From Myxococcota bacterium (GTDB lineage Bacteria > Myxococcota_A > UBA9042 > PHBI01 > JAWLBL01): a stretch of DNA of 64,000 nucleotides. This document shows positions 19,321-30,238 of the stretch, one piece after another. The DNA lies in the NCBI GenBank assembly GCA_041687695.1, contig JAWLBL010000027.1, positions 1-64,000 on the forward strand, given 5' to 3'. Numbering within the stretch: the stretch's first letter is position 1; each line of letters opens with the position of its first letter. The notes below the pieces were generated by a model, which ran no database searches, was not told where the DNA came from, and worked only from the letters and a program-made list of their open reading frames with translations. A program made the position numbers and the translations under genes.

Positions 19321-21558
19321 TCAGAGCGTGTCGAGGACCGCGGTCGCGCGCTTTTTGATGTCGGGGTCGGACTCGTTGATGATGAACTCCTGCAGGGCCT
19401 TGCTGGCCTTGTCGGAGGCCATCTTCTCGAGCGCGTCGAGGGCCTCGAGCTTCACCTCCTTGGAGGTGTCGAAGAGGCCGCGAATGACCTGCTCGACCGC
19501 GTTCGGGTCCTTGGAGTTCGACAGCACCTGCAGGGCGTGGAGCTTGACCGCGGCCACCTGGTCGCTGACCAACCCGCCGATGGCCGGGGCCGTCCGGGGG
19601 TCCGCCGCGTAGTGGGCGATGGCGTCGATGGCCATGACGCGGATGTCGGCGTCCTCGTCGTACAGGCGCCCGGTGTAGATGTCGAACATCGCCGGGTCGG
19701 CCGGCTGCGCCAGGGCCACGATGGTGCGCATCACCTCGCGGCGGATCGGGGCGTGGCGGTACTCGATGAGCCAGCGGACCTTCTCGAAGGCGCTGGCGAT
19801 CTTGCGCTCGCGCACGGCGCGCACCGCCTGGAGCTTCACGTCGTTGTCGACGTCGTCGAGGAAGGCGACCAGGATCTTCTCGGCGTCCGCGTGCTTGGAG
19901 CCGGTCAGCGCGACGGCGACCTGGGCGCGGATGGCGGCGTCGGGATCGCCCTTGAGCTGGGCGAGCTCGGCGATGACGGACTCGTCGCTGATGCGGGCGA
20001 GCGAGAAGGCGGCGGCGCGGCGGATGACGACCTCGCTGTCTTTCAGGCGGGCCTTGAGCACCGAAACGACCTTGGGGTTGGGGCGATCCTTGGTGAAGGC
20101 CACGAGGGACTTGAGGGCCAGCTCGCGAATGGTCACGTCGGGCGACTCGGAGATCTTGATCACCTGATCGAGCGGCTGCGCCGAGATGATGGCGATGGCG
20201 GCCTGGGTGAAGGCCTCCTTCTCGGCCTCGACCGCCGTGCCGGTCACGGCCGCCGCGAGCGGCTCGAGGCCGGCGGCGTCCTTGAGCTGGCCCAAGGCCT
20301 GGGCGGCGGCGAGGCGGACGTCGGCCTCGGGACGCGCGATGGCCTTGCCGACGGCCTCGGTCGTGCCGGCCACGCGCTTGTCGCCGGCCACCTTGATCGC
20401 GTGGATCGCCCCCTGCGACGAGCCCGTCGTCGCCAGCCAGGCGATGCCGCGCGCCTGGTTGGTGCCGGACTCCTCGTCGCACAGGACGCGGGCCATCGGC
20501 TCGAGGACGTCGCGGTTGACCTGCCCCTCGGCGACGAGCGCGGCGAGACGATCGTACTGCTTGAAGGCCTGCAGGCCCGACAGTCCCGCCTGCCGCACCT
20601 CGGGGTGCGAGTGCTTGACCAGCGGCTCGAAGGCGGTGGCCAGCTTGGCGTCGCCGGCGGCGACCAGCTCGCGCGCGGCCTCGACGACCGTGGCGGCGTC
20701 GCTGGCCTTGAGCTTCTCGAGCAGCAGGTAGCGCTTGTACTGCTGCTGGCCGGCGCCGACGAGGATCTTCACGGCGGCGATCTTGGCGTCGTTGTTCGGG
20801 TCGCCGTCGACCACGGCGCCCAGCGCCTTGAGGACCGCCGGGCTCTTGCTGCCGGTCAGCAGCGCCAGCGCGGCGAGCCGGACGTCGTCGGCGCCGTCCT
20901 TGAGGCGGGCGACCAGCACGGCGTCGCGATCCTTGAGGTTCAGGGCGCCGAGGCCCTCGAGCAGCGCCAGCTTGGTGGCGGTCGAGCCACCCTCGAGCAG
21001 CGCCAGCGCCGCCTCGCGGACCGTCGCGTCTCCCGCGCCGAGCTTCTGGTAGAACTCGGCGGCGGGGACGAGGGCTTCGCCGACCTGGACGTGGCCCCAG
21101 GTCACCCGCCGCGGCGGCAGGGCGCTGGCCAGCGGGACCACCGGGCTGAGCGCGCCGCGGGTGAAGGCGGCCGCCGCGACCGGCTTCCCGTCGAGCAGGA
21201 TCTCGGTGACGCCCGAAGCGAGGAGCGTGTAGTAGACGGCGCCCAGCGCCCGGTCGCGCGTGTCGGCGTCGGCCGCGGCGGGCGTGACGACGGCGCGCGT
21301 GTCCTTGTATTCGACCTTCAGCGCCGTCGTGACCTGCGGCAGGAGGTTGCCGAGCTCCTTGAGGGCGGCGTCGGCGAGGGCGTTGCCGGCGAGCCCGTCG
21401 TGGGCCTCGAAGGCGAGCGGGACGTACAGCTCCGTCGGCTTGCCCGCGACCGCCACCGTCGCGGGTGCGTAGTAGAGGTAGGAGCCGGCGTGCGCGAGGC
21501 CCGGTCCTGCGACCGCACCCAGGAACGCCAACCATCCCAACAGCTTGGAGCTCTTCAT
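19321..21558 (-). CDS. Exported HEAT-repeat protein with possible N-terminal GerMN-like domain
   Basis: Signal peptide ending AHA; many LKD.D..VR.AA HEAT motifs. Confidence 0.8.
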   Translation of the reverse strand: MKSSKLLGWLAFLGAVAGPGLAHAGSYLYYAPATVAVAGKPTELYVPLAFEAHDGLAGNALADAALKELGNLLPQVTTALKVEYKDTRAVVTPAAADADTRDRALGAVYYTLLASGVTEILLDGKPVAAAAFTRGALSPVVPLASALPPRRVTWGHVQVGEALVPAAEFYQKLGAGDATVREAALALLEGGSTATKLALLEGLGALNLKDRDAVLVARLKDGADDVRLAALALLTGSKSPAVLKALGAVVDGDPNNDAKIAAVKILVGAGQQQYKRYLLLEKLKASDAATVVEAARELVAAGDAKLATAFEPLVKHSHPEVRQAGLSGLQAFKQYDRLAALVAEGQVNRDVLEPMARVLCDEESGTNQARGIAWLATTGSSQGAIHAIKVAGDKRVAGTTEAVGKAIARPEADVRLAAAQALGQLKDAAGLEPLAAAVTGTAVEAEKEAFTQAAIAIISAQPLDQVIKISESPDVTIRELALKSLVAFTKDRPNPKVVSVLKARLKDSEVVIRRAAAFSLARISDESVIAELAQLKGDPDAAIRAQVAVALTGSKHADAEKILVAFLDDVDNDVKLQAVRAVRERKIASAFEKVRWLIEYRHAPIRREVMRTIVALAQPADPAMFDIYTGRLYDEDADIRVMAIDAIAHYAADPRTAPAIGGLVSDQVAAVKLHALQVLSNSKDPNAVEQVIRGLFDTSKEVKLEALDALEKMASDKASKALQEFIINESDPDIKKRATAVLDTL

Positions 21559-21761
21559 CTTCACGCTCACCTCGCGGGCCCTCGAAAGTCTCGAAAGCGT
21601 AAGGGCTTCGCATGTTTCTCGCATGACCGGGCGGTGTCAAGCCTGGCGTCCAGGCCGTCCCAGGCGCCTGCGCGGCCGAGCCCCCGTGGCGCGAGACGGT
21701 CGAGCGGGCACAATCCTTCCCGCTCATGGACATGCGAACGACCCGCACTAGACTGCCGCCC

Positions 21762-22823
21762 ATGCACGCACTCGAGCGACAGCGACCGCGCGGCCTGACT
21801 CCCCGAGACTTCTACGAGCACCTGGACCGGTTCGTCATCGGCCAGGAGCGCGCCAAGCGAGCGCTCGCGATCGCCGCGTACAACCACCTCAGACGGGTCG
21901 GGCGGCCTGAAGGCAAGGCCGACGACGCAGCCGGCCTGCTGAAGAAGTCCAACGTCCTGCTCATCGGGCCGACCGGCAGCGGCAAGACCCACCTCGCGCG
22001 GCACCTGGCCTCGATGCTGGACGTGCCCTTCACGGTGGTGGACGCCACCGAATACACCGAAGCCGGCTACTACGGACGGGACGTCGAGCAGATCGTGACC
22101 GAGCTGCTCGTCGCCGCCAACCACGACGCCGACGCCTGCCGCAAGGGCGTCGTCTTCATCGACGAGGTCGACAAGATCGCCCGCCGGTCGCACGGCGTGC
22201 AGACCGGCGCCGGCGCGCGCGACATCGGCGGCGAGGGCGTGCAGCAGAGCCTGCTCAAGCTGCTCGAGGGGCGCGAGATCTTCGTCCCGCTCTCTCAGGC
22301 GCCGGGGCTCGGACGGCAGGACTTCACCGTCGTCGACACGACCGACATCCTGTTCATCTGCGCGGGCACCTTCAGCGATCTCCGCAGCGCGCGCGCCGCC
22401 GAGGTGGACCGGCAGGTCGGCTTCGGGCGCTCGGCCGCAGGCGGGGCGGCGCCCCGGTTGAGCCACCGCGACCTGTGCAGCTACGGCATGCTCGAGGAGT
22501 TCCTGGGCCGGCTGCCGGTCGTGGTCGAGCTCGAGCCCCTCGACGAAGACCAGATGCTGCGCATCCTGACCGTGCCTCCCGACAGCATCGTCAACGAGTA
22601 CCGGGCCCGACTCGCGCTCGACGAGGTGTCGGTCGACTTCGGCGAAGACGGCCTGCGCGAGATCGTCCGCTTCGCCGACAAGCGCGGCCTGGGCGCGCGC
22701 GGCCTGCGCAGCGTGCTCGAGGAGGTCATGGCGGACGTGATGTTCGATGCGCCCGATCTGCGCCAGAAGTCGCTGCGCATCGACGGCGAGTTCGTGCGCG
22801 AGCGCCTCGATCGCATCCGCTGA
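21762..22823 (+). CDS. clpX: ClpX-family AAA+ ATPase lacking the N-terminal zinc-binding domain
   Basis: VIGQERAK, KSNVLLIGPTGSGKT, DATEYTEAGY.G.DVE, FIDEVDKI, RDIGGEGVQQSLLKLLEG, VGF loop, GARGLR. Confidence 0.88.
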   Translation: MHALERQRPRGLTPRDFYEHLDRFVIGQERAKRALAIAAYNHLRRVGRPEGKADDAAGLLKKSNVLLIGPTGSGKTHLARHLASMLDVPFTVVDATEYTEAGYYGRDVEQIVTELLVAANHDADACRKGVVFIDEVDKIARRSHGVQTGAGARDIGGEGVQQSLLKLLEGREIFVPLSQAPGLGRQDFTVVDTTDILFICAGTFSDLRSARAAEVDRQVGFGRSAAGGAAPRLSHRDLCSYGMLEEFLGRLPVVVELEPLDEDQMLRILTVPPDSIVNEYRARLALDEVSVDFGEDGLREIVRFADKRGLGARGLRSVLEEVMADVMFDAPDLRQKSLRIDGEFVRERLDRIR

Positions 22824-22837
22824 CCACGGGCGCCCGC

Positions 22838-22876
22838 TTCGAAAGCAAAGAGCCCACCCGGTGACCGGGTGGGCTC
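22838..22876. terminator. Hairpin terminator between clpX and alaS
   Basis: GAGCCCACCCGG-TGA-CCGGGTGGGCTC; TTCGAA at 22838. Confidence 0.75.
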
Positions 22877-22905
22877 ACTCACAGGGTCGCGCGGGCTGAC
22901 CCGCG

Positions 22906-25551
22906 TCAGGCGCCGAGCGCCTGGCCGACCTTGTCGTAGAAGGCGGACTCGACCTGGGGGAGCGCCGACGCGTCGGTGCCTCCGGCCTGCGCCAGATCGG
23001 GGCGCCCGCCGCCCCGGCCGCCGACGATCGGGGCCAGCTCGCCGACCAGCTTGCCGGCGTGGACCTTGCCCGCGGCGTCCTTGGTGGCGGCGACGGCGAT
23101 GGCGACCTTGTCCTCGTCGGTGGCCATCACCAACAGAACACCCGAGCGCAGGCGGTCGCGCAGCGACTCGGCCAGGCCGCGCACGTCCTTGCCGGCGACC
23201 CCGTCGAGCCGCACCGCGGCGACCCGATAGCCGCCCACCTCGCGCGCGGCCTCGATGGCGGCCGCGGCGCGCGCGGAGCGGGCCTCGAGCCGCGCCTGCT
23301 CGAGCTCGCCGGTCAGCGTCTTGCGCTCGGCCAGCAGCTTGTCGATGCGCTCGACCAGCTGATCGGGCCCCGTGCGCAGCACGTCGGCGACCGCCTTGAC
23401 GAGGGCCGCCTGCTGCTGCGCCCACGCGACCGCGTTGAGGCCGGTCACCGCCTCGAGGCGGCGCACACCCGACGAGATGGCGGTCTCGCTGATCACCTTG
23501 AACAGGCCGATGTCGCCGGTGGCGCCGACGTGGGTGCCGCCGCACAGCTCGACGGACTCGCGGCCGACCTGCAGGACGCGCACCTCGTCGCCGTACTTCT
23601 CCTCGAAGAAGGCGATGGCGCCCTTGGCCATGGCGTCGTCGAAGCCGAGGGTCTCGGTGAGCACGGGCTCGTTGGCCAGGATGGCGCGGTTGACCAGCTG
23701 CTCGACCCGCGCGATCTCGTCGTCGGTCATCGGGCCCGTGTGGCTGAAGTCGAAGCGCAGCCGGTTCGGCGCGACGAGCGAGCCGCGCTGGCGGACGTGC
23801 GGCCCCAGCACGTCGCGCAGCGCGTGGTGCAGCAGGTGGGTCGCGCTGTGGTTCTTGCGCGTGGCCCACCGGGCCTCGGTGTCGACCGCCAGGGTCACGT
23901 CCTCGCCCTCGGAGACCGAGCCCGACTCGACCACGGCGAGGTGGACCACGAGATCCCCAAAGGGCCGCTGCGTGTCCAGGACGCGCAGGCGACCGCTGGC
24001 CGTCTCGAGGGTCCCGCTGTCGCCGACCTGGCCGCCGCTCTCGGCGTAAAAGGGCGTGTGCGGGGTCACGACCTCGACCCGCTGCCCGGCGGCGGCCCGC
24101 GGGACGCGTTGCCCCTCGACCAGCAAGGCCTGGATGCGCGAGTGGTCGGTCTCGCGCTCGTAGCCGACGAAGGTCGTCGTCAGGCCGGCCTCGACCAGCT
24201 CCTGGTAGGCCGACAGATCGCCGGTCCCGAAGCGGCTGGCGGCGCGGGCGCGCTCGCGCTGCTCGTCCATGGCGGCCTCGAAGCCGGCCTCGTCGACCGT
24301 GACGCCGCGCTCGCGCGTGATGAGGTCGGTGAGATCCGGCGGGAAGCCGTGCGTGTCGTACAGCTCGAAGGCGACGCGGCCGTCGAGGACGGTGCCGCCG
24401 CTCTGCGCGAGGCGGGCGAGCTCCTCGTCGAGGCGCTTGATGCCCGCGGCGATGGTGCGGCCGAAGCGCTTCTCCTCTTGCAGGACGATGCGGTGGATGG
24501 TCTCGCGCCCCTGGACCAGCTCGGGGTAGAGGTCGCCCATCATGTCGACGACCAGCGCCGTGGTCTCGACGAGGAACGGCTCCGTCAGCCCCAGCATGCG
24601 GCCGAAGCGGATGGCCCGGCGCATGACGCGGCGCAGGACGTAGCCGCGGCCCTCGTTGTCCGGGTAGATGCCGTCGGCGATGAGGAAGGCCGCCGCGCGC
24701 GTGTGGTCGGCGATGACCTGCAGGGCGACGTCGGTCTCGGCGTCGTCCTTGTAGCGGACGCCCGCCCTGGCCGCGACGTGCTCGATGATCGGCATGAAGA
24801 GGTCGGTCTCGAAGTTGTTCGCCTTGCCCTGCAGGACCGCGGCGATGCGCTCGAGGCCGGCGCCCGTGTCGATGGACGGCTTCGGCAGCGGGTGGAGCTG
24901 CCCGTCGGCCGACCGGTCGAACTGCATGAACACGAGGTTCCACAGCTCGAGGTAGCGGTTGTCGGCGCGCGGGTCGCCGAACGGCAAGTCCTCGCCGCCC
25001 GAGCGCTCCTTGCCGAGATCGATGTGGATCTCGGAGCAGGGGCCGCAGGGGCCGGTGTCGGCCATCTGCCAGAAGTTGGCCGGGTCGCGGTGCAGCCGCT
25101 CGGGGGCGATGCCCAGCTCGTCGCGCCAGATGGCGAAGGCCTCGTCGTCCTCGGGGTGGACCGTGACGTGCAGGCGCTCGATCGGCAGGGCGAGCTTGCT
25201 CGTCAGCAGCTCCCAGGCGAACTGGATGGCCTCGCGCTTGAAGTAGTCGCCGAAGCTGAAGTTGCCCAGCATCTCGAAGAACGTGTGGTGGCGCGGCGTG
25301 CGCCCGACGTTCTCGAGGTCGTTGTGCTTGCCGCTGACGCGCAGGCACTTCTGGCACGAGGCGGCGCGCGCGTAGTCGACCTGCCGGGCGCCGACGAAGA
25401 TGTCCTTGAACTGCACCATGCCCGCGTTCACGAAGTAGAGCGTCGGGTCGTCCGGCGGGACGAGGGCGTAGCTCTTGACCAGGCGGTGACCGCGCTCGGT
25501 GAAGTAGTCGAGGAAGGTCTGGCGGATCTCGCGGGCGCTTAGCGGCTTCAT
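22906..25551 (-). CDS. alaS: Alanine--tRNA ligase
   Basis: DPTLYFVNAGMVQFK, RHHTFFEMLGNFSFGDYFK, GPCGPCSEI, NHSATHLLH, ELCGGTHV, GGRPDLAQAGG. Confidence 0.99.
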   Translation of the reverse strand: MKPLSAREIRQTFLDYFTERGHRLVKSYALVPPDDPTLYFVNAGMVQFKDIFVGARQVDYARAASCQKCLRVSGKHNDLENVGRTPRHHTFFEMLGNFSFGDYFKREAIQFAWELLTSKLALPIERLHVTVHPEDDEAFAIWRDELGIAPERLHRDPANFWQMADTGPCGPCSEIHIDLGKERSGGEDLPFGDPRADNRYLELWNLVFMQFDRSADGQLHPLPKPSIDTGAGLERIAAVLQGKANNFETDLFMPIIEHVAARAGVRYKDDAETDVALQVIADHTRAAAFLIADGIYPDNEGRGYVLRRVMRRAIRFGRMLGLTEPFLVETTALVVDMMGDLYPELVQGRETIHRIVLQEEKRFGRTIAAGIKRLDEELARLAQSGGTVLDGRVAFELYDTHGFPPDLTDLITRERGVTVDEAGFEAAMDEQRERARAASRFGTGDLSAYQELVEAGLTTTFVGYERETDHSRIQALLVEGQRVPRAAAGQRVEVVTPHTPFYAESGGQVGDSGTLETASGRLRVLDTQRPFGDLVVHLAVVESGSVSEGEDVTLAVDTEARWATRKNHSATHLLHHALRDVLGPHVRQRGSLVAPNRLRFDFSHTGPMTDDEIARVEQLVNRAILANEPVLTETLGFDDAMAKGAIAFFEEKYGDEVRVLQVGRESVELCGGTHVGATGDIGLFKVISETAISSGVRRLEAVTGLNAVAWAQQQAALVKAVADVLRTGPDQLVERIDKLLAERKTLTGELEQARLEARSARAAAAIEAAREVGGYRVAAVRLDGVAGKDVRGLAESLRDRLRSGVLLVMATDEDKVAIAVAATKDAAGKVHAGKLVGELAPIVGGRGGGRPDLAQAGGTDASALPQVESAFYDKVGQALGA

Positions 25552-25784
25552 GACGGGTTCACAGCTCCGGTTCGGAGGGTGCGCGTGGCGCGAGCCCCGC
25601 CAGGGCGCGCCATGCGGCCGCCTGGGGCTCGACCCGAACGTGGGGCGGCATTGTCGCAGCGTCACCCCACAAATCAACGGAAGAGTAACGCCACGCTGGG
25701 TGGGTTATGCCGGCGCTCGAGACGACGACGGCCGGCCTGCCTCGTCGGGCAGCCGGCCGTCGGGCGCTGGCGGGCGGAGCGACG

Positions 25785-26828
<1,044 letters not shown>

Positions 26829-26883
26829 GGCAGGGGCTCCTTGGGGGCCACGGGCTGGGTTGGCGCGTAGCTTTCCCCGACTA

Positions 26884-26899
26884 CTGCACAAATGTCAAG
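26884..26899. promoter_or_regulatory. Possible LexA (SOS) box overlapping a TTGACA upstream of recA
   Basis: Imperfect palindrome CTGCAC-AAAT-GTCAAG; minus-strand TTGACA lies within it. Confidence 0.45.
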
Positions 26900-28133
26900 C
26901 GCCCGAGAGGTAGCCGCGGACGAGTTCGAGGGCGGCGAAGGCGCTGACGGTCCGGTTGCGGGCCCGGTCGAAGGGGAAGCGGCGCATGACGTGGCGCGTG
27001 CCCTCGGGGGTGGCGAGGGCCAGGTGCACCGTGCCGACCGGCTTGTCCTCCGTGCCCCCGGTCGGGCCGGCGATGCCCGTCACGGCCACCGCCAGAGTCG
27101 CGCCCGAGACGCGGCGGGCGCCCTCGGCCATCGCGCGGGCGACCGGCTCGCTGACGGCCCCGTGGGCGGCGATGAGGTCGGCGGGGACCCCCAGCTGGCT
27201 GACCTTGGCCGCGTTGGCGTAGGTCACGATGCCCTGGAGGAACCAGGCCGAGGCTCCGGACACCTCGGTCACCATGGCGCCGACGAGGCCGCCGGTGCAG
27301 CTCTCGGCGGTGGCCAGGGTGGCGCCGCGGGCGAGCAGGAGGCGCCCAATGGCGGCGGCGAAGGACTCGCCGGGATCCTCGGTGAAGACGATGGGGCCGA
27401 GCCGGTCGCGCACCTTGGCGCCCAGGTCGTCGAGCAGGGCGTCCGCCGCGCCGGCGTCGGGCTCGGTGACGTGCAGGCTGACGTGGATCTCGGGGAAGTG
27501 GGCGCGGTAGGCCACGTGGACGCGCGGATCGGCGGTGAGGCCGTCGAGCAGGGTCGCGACCTGGGACTCCGTCTTGCCGAAGGTCTTGAAGGCGCGGCTT
27601 CGGTAGGCCCGCGGGGCGCCGCTGGCGGCGAGCCACGGCACGAGGTGGTCGGCCGCGAGGCGGTCGAGCTCGTGAGGGACGCCGGGGAAGAAGAAGAGCG
27701 TGGCGCCGCCGTGGTGCATGCGGACGCCGGGGGCGGTGCCGATCGCGTTGTTCAGAGGCGTGGCGCCGGCGGGCACGAGGGCCTGCTTGGCGTTGTTGGG
27801 GGTGAAGGGGAAGCCGCGCGAGGCGAAGCGCTCGCGCAGGCGGGCCAGGATGTCCGCGTCCTCGACGAGCGGGACCCCGGCCCAGCGGGCCGCGGCTTCG
27901 ATGGTCAGGTCGTCGCCGGTTGGGCCGAGGCCTCCCGAGACCAGCACGAGGTCGGCGTGGGAGGCGGCGTCGGCGAGCGCGCCCTGAACGGCCGCGAGGG
28001 TGTCGGGGACCGCCTGCGAGCGCTGGACCGACAGGCCGTGCGCACGGAGCAGGCGCGCGAGGCGGGCCGTGTTGGAGTCCACGAGGTCGCCGTTGAGCAG
28101 CTCGTTTCCGACCGCGACGATCTCGACCCGCAT
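26895..28133 (-). CDS. cinA: CinA / nicotinamide-nucleotide amidase
   Basis: VGNELLNG..DSN, SGGLGPT.DD, ATAESCTGG, TGIAGPTGG...KPVGTV. Confidence 0.95.
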   Translation of the reverse strand: MRVEIVAVGNELLNGDLVDSNTARLARLLRAHGLSVQRSQAVPDTLAAVQGALADAASHADLVLVSGGLGPTGDDLTIEAAARWAGVPLVEDADILARLRERFASRGFPFTPNNAKQALVPAGATPLNNAIGTAPGVRMHHGGATLFFFPGVPHELDRLAADHLVPWLAASGAPRAYRSRAFKTFGKTESQVATLLDGLTADPRVHVAYRAHFPEIHVSLHVTEPDAGAADALLDDLGAKVRDRLGPIVFTEDPGESFAAAIGRLLLARGATLATAESCTGGLVGAMVTEVSGASAWFLQGIVTYANAAKVSQLGVPADLIAAHGAVSEPVARAMAEGARRVSGATLAVAVTGIAGPTGGTEDKPVGTVHLALATPEGTRHVMRRFPFDRARNRTVSAFAALELVRGYLSGA

Positions 28134-28150
28134 GGCCCCTCCCCTGGCGT

Positions 28151-28696
28151 TCACTGGGTCAGCTTCACGGTCGCGCCGACGTCTCCGGCGAGCTCGGCGC
28201 CGTCACGGTCCTCGGGCAGCGTGAGCACGCTGACGCTGACGAAGCGCCCATCTCGGACCAGAGCCACCAGCGCGACCCCCAGCTTGGCCTCGCCGGTCTC
28301 GAGCTGGCCGCTCATGCGCCGGCCCTGAAAGCCCGGCGCGCCCTCGAAGGCCTCGCCGACGGTCAACGCGAGCTTGCCCCCGGTCTCGCCGGCCGCCTCG
28401 ACGATGTTCTTGCGCACGAGCTCCCAGTCGACGGCCTCGCCCTGACCTGGCCCCTTCTCGATGGAGACCACGAGCAGCGAGACCTCGGCGGCGGTGACCT
28501 GCTCGAACACGGCCAGCTCGGCCTCCTTGCGCGTCTCCTTCCAGGCCGGGACCTTGAAGGTGACGCCCCCGTGCCCGGTGAGCGCGACCTCGTTGGTCGG
28601 CTTGGGACGATCGGCCTGGGCGCGCGCGGCCGTCCCAGCGACCAGAGCGGCGAGGGCGACGACGAGGGTCAGGGACGCGAGCGAGGGGCGCGGCAT
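28151..28696 (-). CDS. Exported hypothetical protein
   Basis: Signal peptide ending ARA; GTGA-type overlap position with the cinA region; coding-like composition. Confidence 0.6.
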   Translation of the reverse strand: MPRPSLASLTLVVALAALVAGTAARAQADRPKPTNEVALTGHGGVTFKVPAWKETRKEAELAVFEQVTAAEVSLLVVSIEKGPGQGEAVDWELVRKNIVEAAGETGGKLALTVGEAFEGAPGFQGRRMSGQLETGEAKLGVALVALVRDGRFVSVSVLTLPEDRDGAELAGDVGATVKLTQ

Positions 28697-28763
28697 GAGG
28701 TCTCCAGCGGGGGCCACCGAGCGGCGGGTCGTCCGACGGTATCCCATGCGAGCCCGGGGTCGA

Positions 28764-30161
28764 TCAAGGCCCCGCCGAGGTGGCCTCGTGCAGGGCGTCG
28801 AGCGGCCGCGCGTACAGCGCGAGATAGCGCTCGGCGGGCGGTCCCCAGTCCACGCGCTGAGCGAGCGCGCGCCGGCGGGCGGCCTGCCAGGCTTCGGGCT
28901 GCGCGTACAAGGTGCAGGCCCGCTGCATGGCCTGCGCGCAGCCGGCGACGGTGGCCGGCTCGAACACGAAACCCCAGCCGCCTTCGGCGACGTCCTTGAC
29001 CGTGTCGGCCAGGCCGCCGGTGTGGCGGACCAGTGGCAGGGCGCCGTGACGCATCGCGTGGAGCTGGACCATCCCGCAGGGCTCGAAGCGGCTGGGCACG
29101 CAGACGACGTCGGAGCCGGCGTAGACGCGCTCCGCCAGCTGGGGGTCGAAGCGCTCGAGGAAGGCGACCCGGCCGGGGTGATCGCGCTCGAGGCCGCGCA
29201 GGGCCTCGCTCAGCCAGGCCTCTCCGGTCCCCAGGACGACCGCCGCGGCGCCGCGTCCGAGCACCTCGGGGATGGCCCCGACGAAGAGGTCGACGCCCTT
29301 CTGGCCGGTCAGGCGCGTGATCATCGAGAACAGCGGGCCTCGCGGCTCCGACAGGCCGGCCTCGGCGCACAAGGCGCGACGCGACTCGGCGTGCGTCGCG
29401 GCCGGCGTGGCGACGGCGTCCACCTCGACGCCATTGACGAGGCCGACCAGGCGCTCGCGGCGCCAGCGGAAGAGTCCGGCCAGGTCCCAGCCGCCTTCCT
29501 CCTGTTGTAGCTCGCGGGCGTAGGTGGGGCTGACCGTGGTCAGGAGATCGGCGAACTGCAAGCCGGCCTTGAGCAGGCTGATCTGGCCGCGATGGAGCAC
29601 GCCGTCGATGCCCAGGGCCGACGGTTCGAGGCCGGTGACCGGGAGCGCCGAGACGGGCATCAGCCCCTGGAAGGCCAGGTTGTGGACCGTCATCACCAGC
29701 CGCGGCCGCGGGAGCCAGCCAGCGAGCAACGGGGCCACGAGGCCCGCGTGCCAGTCGTGCAGGTGGAGGACGTCCGGGAGGCCCTCGCGGGCGACGAGCT
29801 CGACCGCCGCACGGCAGAAGGCCGAAAAGCGCACGCCGTTGTCGGCGTAGGCGCCGCCGGGCGGGCCGTAGAGCTCGGGGCGGTCGAAGAGCGACGGCTC
29901 GTGGAGCATCCGGACGTGGACCCCGTGCCTGACGCGGCCGTACACGTCGAAGCGGAGACGGCCCCAGGGCAGCTCGACCTCGACGTGGCCTTCGTGGGTG
30001 CCGTCGAGCCGTCCGAGGGCGCGGGCGTACCCCGGCAGGACCACCGAGACCTGCGCGCCGGCCGCAGCCTGGGCGCGCGACAGGCCGGCGACGACCTCGC
30101 CGAGGCCGCCGGTGTGGGCGTAATCGGAGTGCTCACCCGCGACGTGGATGACCGAGCGCAT
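28764..30161 (-). CDS. glgA: Glycogen synthase
   Basis: (H)TGGLGEV, HLHDWH, TVHNLAFQG, TVSPTYA, RLTGQKG, PSRFEPCG, TGGLADTV. Confidence 0.93.
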   Translation of the reverse strand: MRSVIHVAGEHSDYAHTGGLGEVVAGLSRAQAAAGAQVSVVLPGYARALGRLDGTHEGHVEVELPWGRLRFDVYGRVRHGVHVRMLHEPSLFDRPELYGPPGGAYADNGVRFSAFCRAAVELVAREGLPDVLHLHDWHAGLVAPLLAGWLPRPRLVMTVHNLAFQGLMPVSALPVTGLEPSALGIDGVLHRGQISLLKAGLQFADLLTTVSPTYARELQQEEGGWDLAGLFRWRRERLVGLVNGVEVDAVATPAATHAESRRALCAEAGLSEPRGPLFSMITRLTGQKGVDLFVGAIPEVLGRGAAAVVLGTGEAWLSEALRGLERDHPGRVAFLERFDPQLAERVYAGSDVVCVPSRFEPCGMVQLHAMRHGALPLVRHTGGLADTVKDVAEGGWGFVFEPATVAGCAQAMQRACTLYAQPEAWQAARRRALAQRVDWGPPAERYLALYARPLDALHEATSAGP

Positions 30162-30238
30162 CGTCCCTCGTGAGGGGCCGGGCGCGCGCTCTGGCCGCCG
30201 CGTCGGGGCGCGGGCCGGCTCGGGGCGCGCGGGTCGCT

